Counted from the first letter of the stretch, positions 17,626 to 27,679 are shown. The stretch is DNA of 32,000 bases from Fibrobacter succinogenes subsp. succinogenes S85 (GCF_000146505.1 NC_017448.1:2070001-2102000); one strand, 5' to 3'. Notes: generated by a model from the letters alone, not told the origin. Made by a program: numbers and translations.

Positions 17626-17789
17626 GTTTATTTTAGTTTACAATGCCAAAATCTTTCGCAAATTAGCGCATTTTCCGATGTAACATTTCCATAAACTCTA
17701 TTGACAACATAATTTTATTGTTATCTTTGGCGTTGAAAGTGTATGGGAAAACACTGTGGGATAGGGGAATAAATACTTAGGAGTCACGG

Positions 17790-20700
17790 ATGAGGATCAG
17801 TGGGCTTTTATACAGGGTTTTGGTGTGTTTGGCGATTTTCAGTGCCTACGCATTTGCGCAGACGGTTGCTGTCGCACACATCATTTACGAGGGCAACGTC
17901 TTGTACTATGCCGACAACGAAAGCAATTTCGTGTACAAGGCCGTTGAGAAAAATCCCGATGGCACTTTCACCATCGAATTCACTAACGAACGTCTTGCTA
18001 ACGGCAAGAAAGATGTTCGTCGGCTACAGTTTGGAGTAGGCTGTAACGGCAACACATGCCATACGGACCTGAGTCCAGACAACAAGCCTCTACTGGGCGA
18101 ACTTTTCCCGGGGTACAAGGAAAACGTCACAGACGCTGCAAACATCGTAAAGCAGGAAGTCTGGATTGTCATCAATGAAGACAAGACATTGACGATTTCC
18201 GACACTAAACCGGTGGTCGCGGTCAAGCCCAAAAAGCATATCCGCTTTTTGACGCCGTGGACAAACACAAACGCCGTCATGTACCTCAACGATACGGAGA
18301 ACTACATGAGCGCGGTGGGCTCCCCATACTGCGGCTGGTTTGAAAGCAAGGTATCCAAGCCTTCCGGCAGTGCAAACGTTTATTTCAAACAAACTATCGG
18401 CACCATGTTTGTTGGAGCCGACGGCACCACCGAAGACGAAACGACAGTCACGCCAATCAACCTAGATTCCTCCCTTGCACTAAGCGATACCATCTGGGTT
18501 GTCGCTTACCAGTACGGCGCTCCCGAAGTTCATACAAACTATCCAGGCGTCCTCGGCGAATGCCTCCCGAAGATCCTCCCGGTGATGATGTTTGACTGGT
18601 ACGACGGATCCATGAACTCCGACGGTTCCAAGAACGGCCTCAGCTATGGCGATGGCGGTGCAGGCCGCACAGGCTTTGACATACGTGGAGTCCCGATGTT
18701 CGGCGTAGGCACGAGCGAAGACTTTGGCCCGGACGGCTGTAAGGGAACACCAATGACGGGAATGGTCGAAAAGCAACTCGGCCCGAACGGAGTTCCTGTA
18801 AGAGCGAAAAACTTCCCTAGCGGTTGCACAAACGCCACCCATCTCAATAACTGGTTCCTCCCCGAAGTCGTTTACAACGATGGCGTCAATTCCTACACGA
18901 ACGTCACCTGCCGCGACTTGGAACTTACGCTTACCGATGACGGCTTCTGGCTCGGCCAAAAGGATGACGAAAGCCCGGAAGGCGGCCTTTTCCTGCTGGA
19001 TGACTTCCGCTGGCTCGATAGCGCAAAGACCATAGAAAACCCGCACTACGATTCCCTCAGCGGTGGCGACGATATCCCGGGTTACCACAACTACGGTTTC
19101 ACCATGAAGATCCAGGCCGAATTCGTCTACGTCAAGGGCCAGTACTTTGAATTCAATGGCGACGATGACGTCTGGGTATTCATTAACAACAAGCTCGTCG
19201 TCGATATCGGTGGCCAGCACAAGAAAGTCAGAAAGGCTGTCAACCTGGATACGCTCAACCTCACGCCGGGCGAAACTTATCCGTTCCACATTTTCTATGC
19301 CGAACGCAAGCGCACACAGTCGAACTTCATGATGAGAACGTCCATTGACCTGAAGGTGGAATCAAGCATGTTCCTCACGGACCACTCAACAGACTCAACG
19401 CTTATCAAGAAGGAAGTCTGGCAAAACATCCGCGAAAAGACGCTCGCCTGCGACTTCTCCTCAAATTCCGAAACCAAGCGCACGGAACGCGGACCTTCAA
19501 ACTTCACACTGTTCGGAAAGAGCCTCCCAATGACGGGCGTCGCCTTGAGCAAGCTCGATACAGCCTACTATAGCGGCATCACGATTACGAACGACTTCAC
19601 GATGCTCACGATCAACACGACGAACATTTCCCGCATGCAGACACTCCCGCCGGGAACATACTACGTTCGTGTTTCGCTCAAGAACAACCCGAAGGAATAC
19701 AAGGATGTGTACTTCACCATCCCGCCGACGGAACTCCCGAACATCGCCTTTGCAGACATCATCGATACAAGCTACTGCTTCATTGCCGATGTCATCAAGC
19801 AGGACACGCTCTGCCTCGACAAATACTGGAGACCGCTCGGAAACGAAGCCAGCCGCGACATCAGCAGCGACACGCTCCCCATCAACTTGAACAAGGCCGA
19901 AAAGCTCTGGGCAGGCCGCATCTACCCCATCAACGTCTCCTTCGTCGAAGACTGGGCGCGTAGCTACAGCGGCATGGCCGTACAGGTTTCCACAAACGAC
20001 CCGAAACTCATCCCATGCGATTCCCTCGGATCCCCGCTCCCGAATAACGAGTTCGTACTCATCGAAGGCAAAAACACATTCTTCGTGAAAGCATCCGGTG
20101 CAGTCACCAACGGGACGATTACAATTTCTTCGACGGTCGCAAAGAACAAGAGTGTCAACTGGACGAACATCAACATCGCAGAGCCGCCAGTCCCGCAAAT
20201 TGAGACCGCGTTCATCTATGACAGGAACGGTGACGGCCGTGGCGACAGTGTCTGGGTAAGCTTCAACAAGCCGCTTGGCGGCAACAGCGTGCTCAACTCC
20301 ATATCGTTCACATTCGGACTGACGCACTATAGCACGTCCAACATCGTCTACAACGAAGGCGACCTCACACTTTCGCTTACAGCCGATGGTGACGGATTTG
20401 GCACTTCCATTTCCACAGGTGGCGCACTGGAACCCTACAATGGCAAGATTACCGCCCAGTACACCTACACAAATCCAGAAGACCACACCGTTTCAAACTT
20501 CTCCGTGGACGGGCTCCTTGGCGACGGCATTGGTCCCGTCATCCTAGCCGCAGAAATCTCTTACACCTCCGACGGAAAGACCATGCTCACGCTCACGTTC
20601 AGCGAAGGCCTGACCTCCCTGGATCCGAGTTCCAGCCTGTTCGGCTACCGCAGCTACGGCAGCGGCTCGCTCTCTTCCATCGTCAGCGAAGCGGACTTCG

Positions 20701-21692
20701 TCTCGACCACCCCGGCCAACCGCTGGAAGCTCCTCTTCTCGAAGAAGGCCGTTTCGGACATCATCCCAATCGTGGGAGACTCCATACGCATCAGGCCACC
20801 TTCTGAAGGCGGTCTCGCCCTCGACCTTATCGGCATCCCGGCACATGACCTGAACCCTTGGGTACGCATCACCGGCGAACAGCGCATCACCGTGACAAGC
20901 CCTCCGGTCGTCACCATGGACAAGGACTCCCCGAACTTCGAATTGACCAAGGAAATCGTCCGCAGCGATTCTGCAACGGTCCCGATACTCGTCCAGAGCG
21001 AAAAGCCGCTCACGGCAACGCAAGTCGGTGAAATCTACGGCACGCAAGGGCATTACCTTGGCGACATGAACATGTCCGAGCTCGTTGAAAACGAAATCAG
21101 CGAAATCGCGAAAGTCGTAAAGACCGCCACGATGTACGAAGACAAGGAAGCCGTCAAGAACGGAAGCCCCTCAACCTCCGTTTCGCTTGAAACAATCATT
21201 TCCATGCTGGACCAGAAGGTCATCTCGCCCAAGGAAGCGAAGGAAAGGTTCGGATTGAGCGAAGTCATCATCAACGCTTACAACAATGAGCTCCTGAACA
21301 AAAACAACCTGCACAACTACATGCACGGCACCGATGACGATATCAAGACCATCGCCGAATCCATGGCCGACAAGACCGCCCTCAGCTACAAGACGATTTA
21401 CTTCTCCAGTCTCGGACAATTCGTGAACAGCGACAGGGGCCAAATCGCCTGCAACGACGACATCTTCAAGACGGACGGCGCCAAGAACTGCCTTGGAAAC
21501 GAAGGCCACCTCTACCTCGCCTGGAACATGCGCGCCAAGAACGGACGCCTCGCCGGTACGGGTGTCTACATCGCCCGCCTGGAAATCCAGCTCATCGTAA
21601 ACGGCAAGAGGATCACGAAACGCACGCAGGACTTCCTCTGGGGATTCCGCCATGGAGACCTCGCGATTATCGATTTCGACATCAATCAGTAG
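17790..21692 (+). CDS. Large secreted fibro-slime domain protein (1300 aa)
   Basis: AGGAG lies 7 nt upstream of the start. The signal peptide is MRISGLLYRVLVCLAIFSAYAFA. The PA14-like fibro-slime core is GFTMKIQAEFVYVKGQYFEFNGDDDVWVFINNKLVVDIGGQH...YPFHIFYAERKRTQSNFMMRTSIDL. There is a Ca-loop-like DRNGDGRGDSV and a conserved C-terminal module LAWNMRAKNGRLAGTGVYIARL..QDFLWGFRHG. Confidence 0.85.
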   Translation: MRISGLLYRVLVCLAIFSAYAFAQTVAVAHIIYEGNVLYYADNESNFVYKAVEKNPDGTFTIEFTNERLANGKKDVRRLQFGVGCNGNTCHTDLSPDNKPLLGELFPGYKENVTDAANIVKQEVWIVINEDKTLTISDTKPVVAVKPKKHIRFLTPWTNTNAVMYLNDTENYMSAVGSPYCGWFESKVSKPSGSANVYFKQTIGTMFVGADGTTEDETTVTPINLDSSLALSDTIWVVAYQYGAPEVHTNYPGVLGECLPKILPVMMFDWYDGSMNSDGSKNGLSYGDGGAGRTGFDIRGVPMFGVGTSEDFGPDGCKGTPMTGMVEKQLGPNGVPVRAKNFPSGCTNATHLNNWFLPEVVYNDGVNSYTNVTCRDLELTLTDDGFWLGQKDDESPEGGLFLLDDFRWLDSAKTIENPHYDSLSGGDDIPGYHNYGFTMKIQAEFVYVKGQYFEFNGDDDVWVFINNKLVVDIGGQHKKVRKAVNLDTLNLTPGETYPFHIFYAERKRTQSNFMMRTSIDLKVESSMFLTDHSTDSTLIKKEVWQNIREKTLACDFSSNSETKRTERGPSNFTLFGKSLPMTGVALSKLDTAYYSGITITNDFTMLTINTTNISRMQTLPPGTYYVRVSLKNNPKEYKDVYFTIPPTELPNIAFADIIDTSYCFIADVIKQDTLCLDKYWRPLGNEASRDISSDTLPINLNKAEKLWAGRIYPINVSFVEDWARSYSGMAVQVSTNDPKLIPCDSLGSPLPNNEFVLIEGKNTFFVKASGAVTNGTITISSTVAKNKSVNWTNINIAEPPVPQIETAFIYDRNGDGRGDSVWVSFNKPLGGNSVLNSISFTFGLTHYSTSNIVYNEGDLTLSLTADGDGFGTSISTGGALEPYNGKITAQYTYTNPEDHTVSNFSVDGLLGDGIGPVILAAEISYTSDGKTMLTLTFSEGLTSLDPSSSLFGYRSYGSGSLSSIVSEADFVSTTPANRWKLLFSKKAVSDIIPIVGDSIRIRPPSEGGLALDLIGIPAHDLNPWVRITGEQRITVTSPPVVTMDKDSPNFELTKEIVRSDSATVPILVQSEKPLTATQVGEIYGTQGHYLGDMNMSELVENEISEIAKVVKTATMYEDKEAVKNGSPSTSVSLETIISMLDQKVISPKEAKERFGLSEVIINAYNNELLNKNNLHNYMHGTDDDIKTIAESMADKTALSYKTIYFSSLGQFVNSDRGQIACNDDIFKTDGAKNCLGNEGHLYLAWNMRAKNGRLAGTGVYIARLEIQLIVNGKRITKRTQDFLWGFRHGDLAIIDFDINQ

Positions 21693-21716
21693 TCAATAAG
21701 TCTACAAAAATATTCC

Positions 21717-21741
21717 AAAAGGCACCTTCGGGTGCCTTTTT
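21717..21741 (+). terminator. Rho-independent terminator after fibro-slime gene 1
   Basis: AAAAGGCACC-ttcg-GGTGCCTTTTT. Confidence 0.85.
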
Positions 21742-21834
21742 GCGTAAAAAACGGAACTTTTCGCCCTAGATACAAAAGCAGGCCGCCCCTGTTGCACTAT
21801 TCGCAATTTATTTTACAAATGGTCAAAAAAAATT

Positions 21835-21843
21835 TGATATAAA
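21835..21843 (+). promoter_or_regulatory. Extended -10-like element upstream of fibro-slime gene 2
   Basis: TGaTATAAA matches the TGnTATAAT consensus. It lies about 55 nt before ATG 21898. There is no good -35. Confidence 0.3.
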
Positions 21844-21897
21844 TCACTCAATTGAGTGTATTTTCAAGATATGGGTAACATCTTCCGGGAGTCGTGG

Positions 21898-24800
21898 ATG
21901 CGGTGTAAAAATATTGTCTCTAGTTTAATTTTCATACTCTTATGGGCAGCTATTCCGTCAATAGCGGCCGATTACAACATTACCGTCAAGGATAAAAGAT
22001 CCGGTTCGCCAGCAAGGCGCATCTACGTCGTTTTGGAAAAAACGGTAGACGGAGTCACCACACCCAGCAACTGCACACAGCTAACGAGCAATGCCGACGG
22101 CACCTTCAGCGTCAAGGCAACATTGACCGCCGAAACAGAACCGAAACTGACCTTTTACACAGGCAGGACTACCTCCGGCAAATGCAACTCTGACATAGGC
22201 AGCATTTCGCCTTTGGCTGGCGCAGAACCCGTGGAAAGCGAGTTCACCATTACTATTAGCAAAAACAAGGTCGTTACACAGGCAAACGGCACAAACACCA
22301 CCGAGCCCTCAACCACTCCCGGCAACGATGGCCCCGGCACGCAAACACCTGGCGACAATCCTGGCACACAGCCCCCCAGCAGACCGACCCAGCAGACTAA
22401 GCAAAAAGTGATCCGTTTCTTTGTCCCCTGGACAAACACGAACGCCATTCTCTATGTCGCAGGCGGCAAGTCCGATACGATGTCTACCGTCAAAAATTAC
22501 TGCGGATGGTTCGAATCTAAAGTTACCCCGCCCGACGGCTCGTTCCAGGTCTACTTCAAGCAGACCCTCGGCTACGAATACGTCACGGACATCCATAACT
22601 CCACCAAGATTCTCCCAATTGAACAGAGCACGTTGCTTTCGCTCGATGCAGCCGCTGCCGAAGCCGATACCATCTGGGTCAAGGCAGGTAAGGAAATCGG
22701 GACCGCGACAACGGTTTACACCAAGTACCCGGGCGTCCTCGGCGATTGCCCCACCAAGACTCTCCCCGTGATGATGTTTGACTGGCTCCATGGCTCAAAG
22801 GGCGATGGTGACGGCAAAGGCAAGAACGGCGACCCCGCCAATGGCGTAAGCGCAGACTTCGGTTCTGGCGGATGCGCACACCATACCAGAGGAATGGTTC
22901 AAGAAATCCTTGGCACCAATGGCGTACCCGTACCTGCCGACCCCTTCCCAGAAAACTGCAAGATTACTACACATCTCGCTCAATGGTTCTTGCCAGAAGT
23001 CATCACAACCAAGAATGGTGTTCCGTACACAAATGCCACCTGCCGTTCTATCGAATTACAACTTCAGGGAGACGGCCTTTGGCTTGGTCAAAAAGACGAC
23101 AATAGCACTGAAGGTGGCCTCTTCTTGCTCGATGATTTCGAATACCTTGATGCCGAAAAGACCATCAAGAATCCATACTTTGACAATATTTCTGGAAGAG
23201 GCAAGAAACATAATTACGGATTCACCATGAAGATCCAGGCCTCGTTTGAATACATTCCGGGCCAGTACTTTGAATTCAACGGTGACGATGACGTGTGGGT
23301 ATTCATCAACAACCGCCTCGTCGTGGATATCGGTGGTCAGCACACAAAGGTCTTTGGTGCAGTGGACCTCGACACGCTCGGCCTTCAGGAAGGCGTCAAC
23401 TATCCGTTCCACATCTTCTATGCTGAACGCCATACATCTCAGTCCAACTTCATGATGAGAACGTCCATTGACCTGAAGACCGAAACGAGCATTCTCGCCA
23501 AGGACCTCTCCGCAGCAGGATTTATTAATTACGAAATTTATCAGCGCGTGAGCAAGCAGGCTCTCTCTTGCGACTTCTCCGGCGTCACGACGACAGACAC
23601 GGTTGCCGCCCCTTCGAACTTCACCTTGATCGGTAGCGGAGCTTATGCCACGGGCGTTGCGCTCGACAGCGTTGGCACCTGGTTTGGCGGAATCGTCATC
23701 AAGCCGAACTACACCGGATTCACCATCAATACCGAACTGATCAGACAGATGCGCACACTCCCGCCGGGAACGTACCAGTTGCGTTTCTCCCTGCAGAGCG
23801 ATGAAACCCAGTACGATGAAATTACGTTCGTCATTGACCAGTACGATTCTCCTGAAATCTATTACGCACGAGTCGATAACCAAAACAAGTGGACCCCGCT
23901 CGGCACCAAGAACACCCTTACCGGAGCAATTGAAGTCGACGGAACGATTGATACGCTTGGCAAGTGGGTCAACACGCGCTATCCTGTAAACGTGATGTTC
24001 GAAGAATGGGCCACCTTTGACGATGTCGTCTACATCATCACGAACAACCCGGCAGTGATCCCCTGCGACGAGCATGGAAACGCCATTTCGTCCACCACGC
24101 TCAAGAACGGCAAGGCGACATTCTACATCAAGGCTTCCGCCGCCGTACAGAACATCAAGCTGATTGTCTCAAGTGCTGATGAAACGAAAAAGGCTATCTG
24201 GAACAACATTTCGTTCATGGAACCGCCCGTACCGCAAGTGAAGTTCGCCTGCATCTTCGACATCAACGGAGATGGCCGTGGCGACAGCGTCTACGCGAAG
24301 CTCTCCAAGCCGTATGGCGCAACGCTCATCAACAGCGCCGTCAACCTGGACTCCATCCAGCTTGAATTCGGCGAGACGTTCCCGACAATCACGGGCAACA
24401 TTTCACACAATGACCTCGATAGTTCTATCGCGATTGTTTCCCCGGAAGGTGGATTCGGCACCGTGCCGTTCACCGGTGGCGCAGAAGCAGTCTACAGCGG
24501 AAAGATTACACCGTTCTGGCTGTACTCGGAAGGCGGAGTCCCGTCGACCATTAGCCTCACAAGCGATGTGACCGACTCGATTGGCCCAGTCATCACCTCC
24601 GCTGACATTTCCTATAGCGATGACGGTTCGACAAAGCTCACCCTGAATTTCAGTGAAGGCCTTGACTGCGAAGACAACATCCTAGCCAACTACTTTGTGT
24701 ACTTCTTCAAGCAGACGAATACAGAACGAAACGATATCGTTCCGGACCTCCTTGCCAAAGAAAAGAAGTCTAAATGGACGCTCATCTTCAGAAGCACGAC

Positions 24801-25692
24801 AAACGACAAGGCGAACATCCCAGTCATGGGCGACTCCATCAAACTCGTGCCAGGCGTCCACATGGACCTTCTCCACAGAAGCACGCCTGTGAACAACCCG
24901 TTCGTCCGCATTTCCGGCGAGCAGAACGTCGTCGTCACGAGCGCACCTGTGGTGACCATCGGCGAATCCGATTCTTCAAGGGCAATTATCAAGAGCCCGA
25001 CTCCGACAGTCCCGAAGCTCGTCCAGGAAGACAAGCCGATGACAGCGAAAGAAGTCGCGGAATCTTACGGTTCACAGGGACATTACCTTGGCGACCTGAG
25101 CCTTTCAAGCCTTGTCAAGGACGAAGTCACGGCGCTTGAAGCGGCAGTCAAGAACTTCAACGCCGCAAGCATCGAAAAGGGCGGCCCGCATCTCGAAGAA
25201 GTCATCGCCCAAGTCGAAGCAGGCATGATCAGCATCGATAACGCCAACAAGCAATACAAACTCGGTGACGAAATCGTGAACGCCTACAAGAATGGAGTCA
25301 TCAACTCCAACGATGTCACAGGCATTGCAAATGGCAATTCTTCCGTCATCGTGAAAATCACGACCGAACTTGCCAAGCAGACGACTCTTGAATACAAGAC
25401 GCAGTACTTCACGAGCCTCGGCGTATTCGTGAACAGCAATTCAGGCTCGCTCTCCTGCACGGACACGCTCTTTAACGGAAGCTGCCTCGATAGCGACAAT
25501 GACGGAAAGATATTCCTCGCATGGAACATGAAGTCAAAAAGCGGCAGATTGGTCGGTACGGGCGTCTACATTGCAAGACTCACGTACAAGATCCGAATCG
25601 GAAGGACCGTTGTTATTGACCGCACGCAGGACTTCCTCTGGGGTGTGCGCCACGGCAAGACGAAGGGATTCACCATCGGACTGGACTACTAG
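21898..25692 (+). CDS. Large secreted fibro-slime domain protein, paralog 2 (about 1264 aa from ATG 21898)
   Basis: GGGAG lies 8 nt before ATG 21898. The signal peptide is MRCKNIVSSLIFILLWAAIPSIAA. There is a Pro/Thr/Gly-rich linker TEPSTTPGNDGPGTQTPGDNPGTQPPSRPTQ. The core matches gene 1: GFTMKIQASFEYIPGQYFEFNGDDDVWVFINNRLVVDIGGQH. It also has DINGDGRGDSV and a C-terminal LAWNMKSKSGRLVGTGVYIARL..QDFLWGVRHG. Confidence 0.85.
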   Translation: MRCKNIVSSLIFILLWAAIPSIAADYNITVKDKRSGSPARRIYVVLEKTVDGVTTPSNCTQLTSNADGTFSVKATLTAETEPKLTFYTGRTTSGKCNSDIGSISPLAGAEPVESEFTITISKNKVVTQANGTNTTEPSTTPGNDGPGTQTPGDNPGTQPPSRPTQQTKQKVIRFFVPWTNTNAILYVAGGKSDTMSTVKNYCGWFESKVTPPDGSFQVYFKQTLGYEYVTDIHNSTKILPIEQSTLLSLDAAAAEADTIWVKAGKEIGTATTVYTKYPGVLGDCPTKTLPVMMFDWLHGSKGDGDGKGKNGDPANGVSADFGSGGCAHHTRGMVQEILGTNGVPVPADPFPENCKITTHLAQWFLPEVITTKNGVPYTNATCRSIELQLQGDGLWLGQKDDNSTEGGLFLLDDFEYLDAEKTIKNPYFDNISGRGKKHNYGFTMKIQASFEYIPGQYFEFNGDDDVWVFINNRLVVDIGGQHTKVFGAVDLDTLGLQEGVNYPFHIFYAERHTSQSNFMMRTSIDLKTETSILAKDLSAAGFINYEIYQRVSKQALSCDFSGVTTTDTVAAPSNFTLIGSGAYATGVALDSVGTWFGGIVIKPNYTGFTINTELIRQMRTLPPGTYQLRFSLQSDETQYDEITFVIDQYDSPEIYYARVDNQNKWTPLGTKNTLTGAIEVDGTIDTLGKWVNTRYPVNVMFEEWATFDDVVYIITNNPAVIPCDEHGNAISSTTLKNGKATFYIKASAAVQNIKLIVSSADETKKAIWNNISFMEPPVPQVKFACIFDINGDGRGDSVYAKLSKPYGATLINSAVNLDSIQLEFGETFPTITGNISHNDLDSSIAIVSPEGGFGTVPFTGGAEAVYSGKITPFWLYSEGGVPSTISLTSDVTDSIGPVITSADISYSDDGSTKLTLNFSEGLDCEDNILANYFVYFFKQTNTERNDIVPDLLAKEKKSKWTLIFRSTTNDKANIPVMGDSIKLVPGVHMDLLHRSTPVNNPFVRISGEQNVVVTSAPVVTIGESDSSRAIIKSPTPTVPKLVQEDKPMTAKEVAESYGSQGHYLGDLSLSSLVKDEVTALEAAVKNFNAASIEKGGPHLEEVIAQVEAGMISIDNANKQYKLGDEIVNAYKNGVINSNDVTGIANGNSSVIVKITTELAKQTTLEYKTQYFTSLGVFVNSNSGSLSCTDTLFNGSCLDSDNDGKIFLAWNMKSKSGRLVGTGVYIARLTYKIRIGRTVVIDRTQDFLWGVRHGKTKGFTIGLDY

Positions 25693-25711
25693 AATTTCGT
25701 TCTCTCTAAAA

Positions 25712-25739
25712 GGCGCCTGCAATGCAGGCGTCTTTTTTT
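25712..25739 (+). terminator. Rho-independent terminator after fibro-slime gene 2
   Basis: CGCCTGC-aat-GCAGGCG is followed by tcTTTTTTT. Confidence 0.75.
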
Positions 25740-25757
25740 GTGCGGAATTTTAAGGAT

Positions 25758-25788
25758 AAAAAAAGTCCCGGCCAAGCCGGGACTTTTT
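25758..25788. terminator. Bidirectional terminator, probably serving the minus-strand rng
   Basis: AAAAAAGTCCCGGC-caa-GCCGGGACTTTTTT forms a 9-bp stem with an A run and a T run. Confidence 0.8.
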
Positions 25789-25833
25789 TGCGTTTAACAC
25801 GCTAATGCCATCGCGAGATTCGCGGACGACAAC

Positions 25834-27369
25834 TTATGCGAAGTTGTACAGGTCCGTGATGTCTTCGTTATTCTTGTCGTACATCCAGAACTGGTTGATG
25901 TGTGCATATTCATCTTCCACGAGGGAAATCTTGATGTTATGCTTGTATTCCAGATAGTTGAACATACGGTTCAAGTCCTTGCAAAGCACATCGATGACCG
26001 GAGCGCTCACGACGAGAGTGACTTCGCGGAGACGGCCCTTGGTATGGGCGCGAGCGAGCCAACGATCGATCATGCCGAGTGTCGATTCGAGCGTTGCAAT
26101 GCGGCCACTGCCGTTGCAAACCGGGCAGCATTCGGTCTTTTCGGTCATCAGGTTCACGCGGACGCGCTTACGGGTGACTTCCATGAGGCCGAACTGGCTG
26201 ATCGGGGCTGGGCTAATCGGGGCCTTGTCGCGGCGGATTGCCTTGCGGAATTCCTGATAGACGGCTTCGCGGTCTTCATCGGTTTCCATATCAATGAAGT
26301 CGATGATGATGAGGCCGCCCACATCGCGGAGGCGCAGCTGCTTTGCGATTTCGTGGCAAGCATCGAGGTTTGTTTCGAGAATGATCTTGCCCTGGTCCTT
26401 GCCATGAACCTTCGGACCGGTGTTCACGTCGATAGAGACGAGAGCTTCGGTCTGTTCGATGACGAGGTTGCCACCGCGCGGAAGCGGTACCTGACGCTGC
26501 AAGGAGCGAGCGTAGTCGTTTTCAATCTTGAAGTATTCAAACAAGCTTTCGCTAGAGCTCCAGAGCTTGACCTTGTCGAGCTTATCCGGAGAGAGAACCT
26601 TCAAGTAATCACGGAGAGCAAAGTACTCGTCGCGGTTGTCGATATACACGTAGTCCGTGTTGTCGCCGAAGTATTCGCGAACCGTCTGTTCGATGGAATC
26701 GGATTCTTCGTAGATGCAGGTCTCGGGCGGCATGGTTTCGAAGTTGTACTTCGTCTGTTCCCACTTGCTTTCGAGTTCGCGCATCTGCTTGTTGATTTCG
26801 AATTCGGATTCGTTGAGGCCGTTGGTGCGGACGATGTAGCCCACATCGCGGCCCTTAAGGCGGCGTACGACCTTCTTGAACTCGCGGCGCTTGACCGGAT
26901 CGCGTTCACGCTTGGAGACGCCGACGAAATTTGCACCCGGCATGCAGACCAGGAAGCGGCCAGCAAAGCTCAAGTGTGTCGTCAAACGAGCACCCTTGGT
27001 GCTAATCGGTTCCTTGACCACCTGCACCATGATTTCTTGGCCTTCCTGGAGAATTTCGTCGATCGAAATTTCCTTGGAGGCATCGCCTTCATCATCATCG
27101 TCACCATATTCGCGGCGCAACAGTTCGTTGCGGTCCATGGCGTCTTCCTGATGCAAAAAGCCAGCCTTCTCAAGACCAATGTCAATGAATGCCGCCTTGA
27201 GTGCGGGGAGCACCTTCTGAACGACACCCTTATAAATATTGCCCAGAACTCGATTAGAGGAAACACCTTCAACAACCAATTCCGCAAGTTCGCCATCTTC
27301 CATGATAGCGATGCGCTTTTCGTACGGCGTTTTGCTAATCAAGATTCCGCGCTTACACTTATTTGCCAT
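25834..27369 (-). CDS. rng: Ribonuclease G/E family endoribonuclease
   Basis: AGGAG lies 6 nt before ATG 27369. The S1 domain shows GNIYKGVVQKVLPALKAAFIDIGLEKAGFLH. The catalytic core shows SIDVNTG, GGLIIIDFIDM and a Zn-link CPVCNGSG. Confidence 0.9.
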   Translation of the reverse strand: MANKCKRGILISKTPYEKRIAIMEDGELAELVVEGVSSNRVLGNIYKGVVQKVLPALKAAFIDIGLEKAGFLHQEDAMDRNELLRREYGDDDDEGDASKEISIDEILQEGQEIMVQVVKEPISTKGARLTTHLSFAGRFLVCMPGANFVGVSKRERDPVKRREFKKVVRRLKGRDVGYIVRTNGLNESEFEINKQMRELESKWEQTKYNFETMPPETCIYEESDSIEQTVREYFGDNTDYVYIDNRDEYFALRDYLKVLSPDKLDKVKLWSSSESLFEYFKIENDYARSLQRQVPLPRGGNLVIEQTEALVSIDVNTGPKVHGKDQGKIILETNLDACHEIAKQLRLRDVGGLIIIDFIDMETDEDREAVYQEFRKAIRRDKAPISPAPISQFGLMEVTRKRVRVNLMTEKTECCPVCNGSGRIATLESTLGMIDRWLARAHTKGRLREVTLVVSAPVIDVLCKDLNRMFNYLEYKHNIKISLVEDEYAHINQFWMYDKNNEDITDLYNFA

Positions 27370-27514
27370 TAAAACTCCTAAAGGGTAAAGCAAAACTTGA
27401 TAGAAATCCCCAAGACCAGTCCAAAAGTATGGACCGTGTCCGAGCTCCCGATGTTTCTTGACGGAAAGTACCGCCCGCCTGCAAAGCAGAGCCTGGGGAC
27501 CTTAAATATAATAA

Positions 27515-27553
27515 GTGGTTGGTGGTTAGTGGTTAGTGGTTAGTGGTTAGTGG
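27515..27553. repeat. Tandem heptamer array (GTGGTTA), 5.5 units
   Basis: The units are gtggttg gtggtta gtggtta gtggtta gtggtta gtgg. Confidence 0.9.
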
Positions 27554-27572
27554 AAATATGGGGAATTTGGAA

Positions 27573-27635
27573 GTAGGAGAGATTAGTTGGCAGTTGGCAG
27601 AACTTAGTTGGCAGTGGGAAGAGTTTAGAATTTAG
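27573..27635. repeat. Nine in-phase degenerate heptamers, each ending in AG (TTGGCAG / NNNTTAG types)
   Basis: The units are gtaggag agattag ttggcag ttggcag aacttag ttggcag tgggaag agtttag aatttag. The 16-mer AGTTGGCAGAACTTAG at 27592-27607 is identical to 8440-8455. Confidence 0.8.
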
Positions 27636-27679
27636 GGACGTCATCCTGACACCGTAGGTGGAAGGATCCAGTAAAGTTA

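Noticed and set aside
20230-20250. An RGD tripeptide conserved in both fibro-slime proteins, considered as a possible integrin-type adhesion motif.
   Set aside because: It sits inside D.NGDGRGDS, which looks like a dockerin/EF-hand-type calcium-binding loop. The RGD is most simply explained as part of that loop.
18480-20486. Antisense ORFs of 269-339 aa inside the fibro-slime genes (18480-19289, 19497-20486, 23056-24075).
   Set aside because: This is the same codon-bias artefact. They lack RBSs and recognisable motifs, and they lie fully inside strongly supported sense genes.
22506-22522. A GGTTCGAATC string resembling a tRNA T-loop.
   Set aside because: It lies in-frame within the conserved CGWFESK motif of fibro-slime gene 2. 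No acceptor or anticodon arms can be built around it.
27370-27510. A possible structured autoregulatory 5' leader of rng, with TCCCCA at 27407-27412 able to pair with TGGGGA at 27494-27499 and several short local hairpins.
   Set aside because: The stems are only 4-6 bp and I could not define a promoter. The evidence is too weak without folding or covariation analysis.
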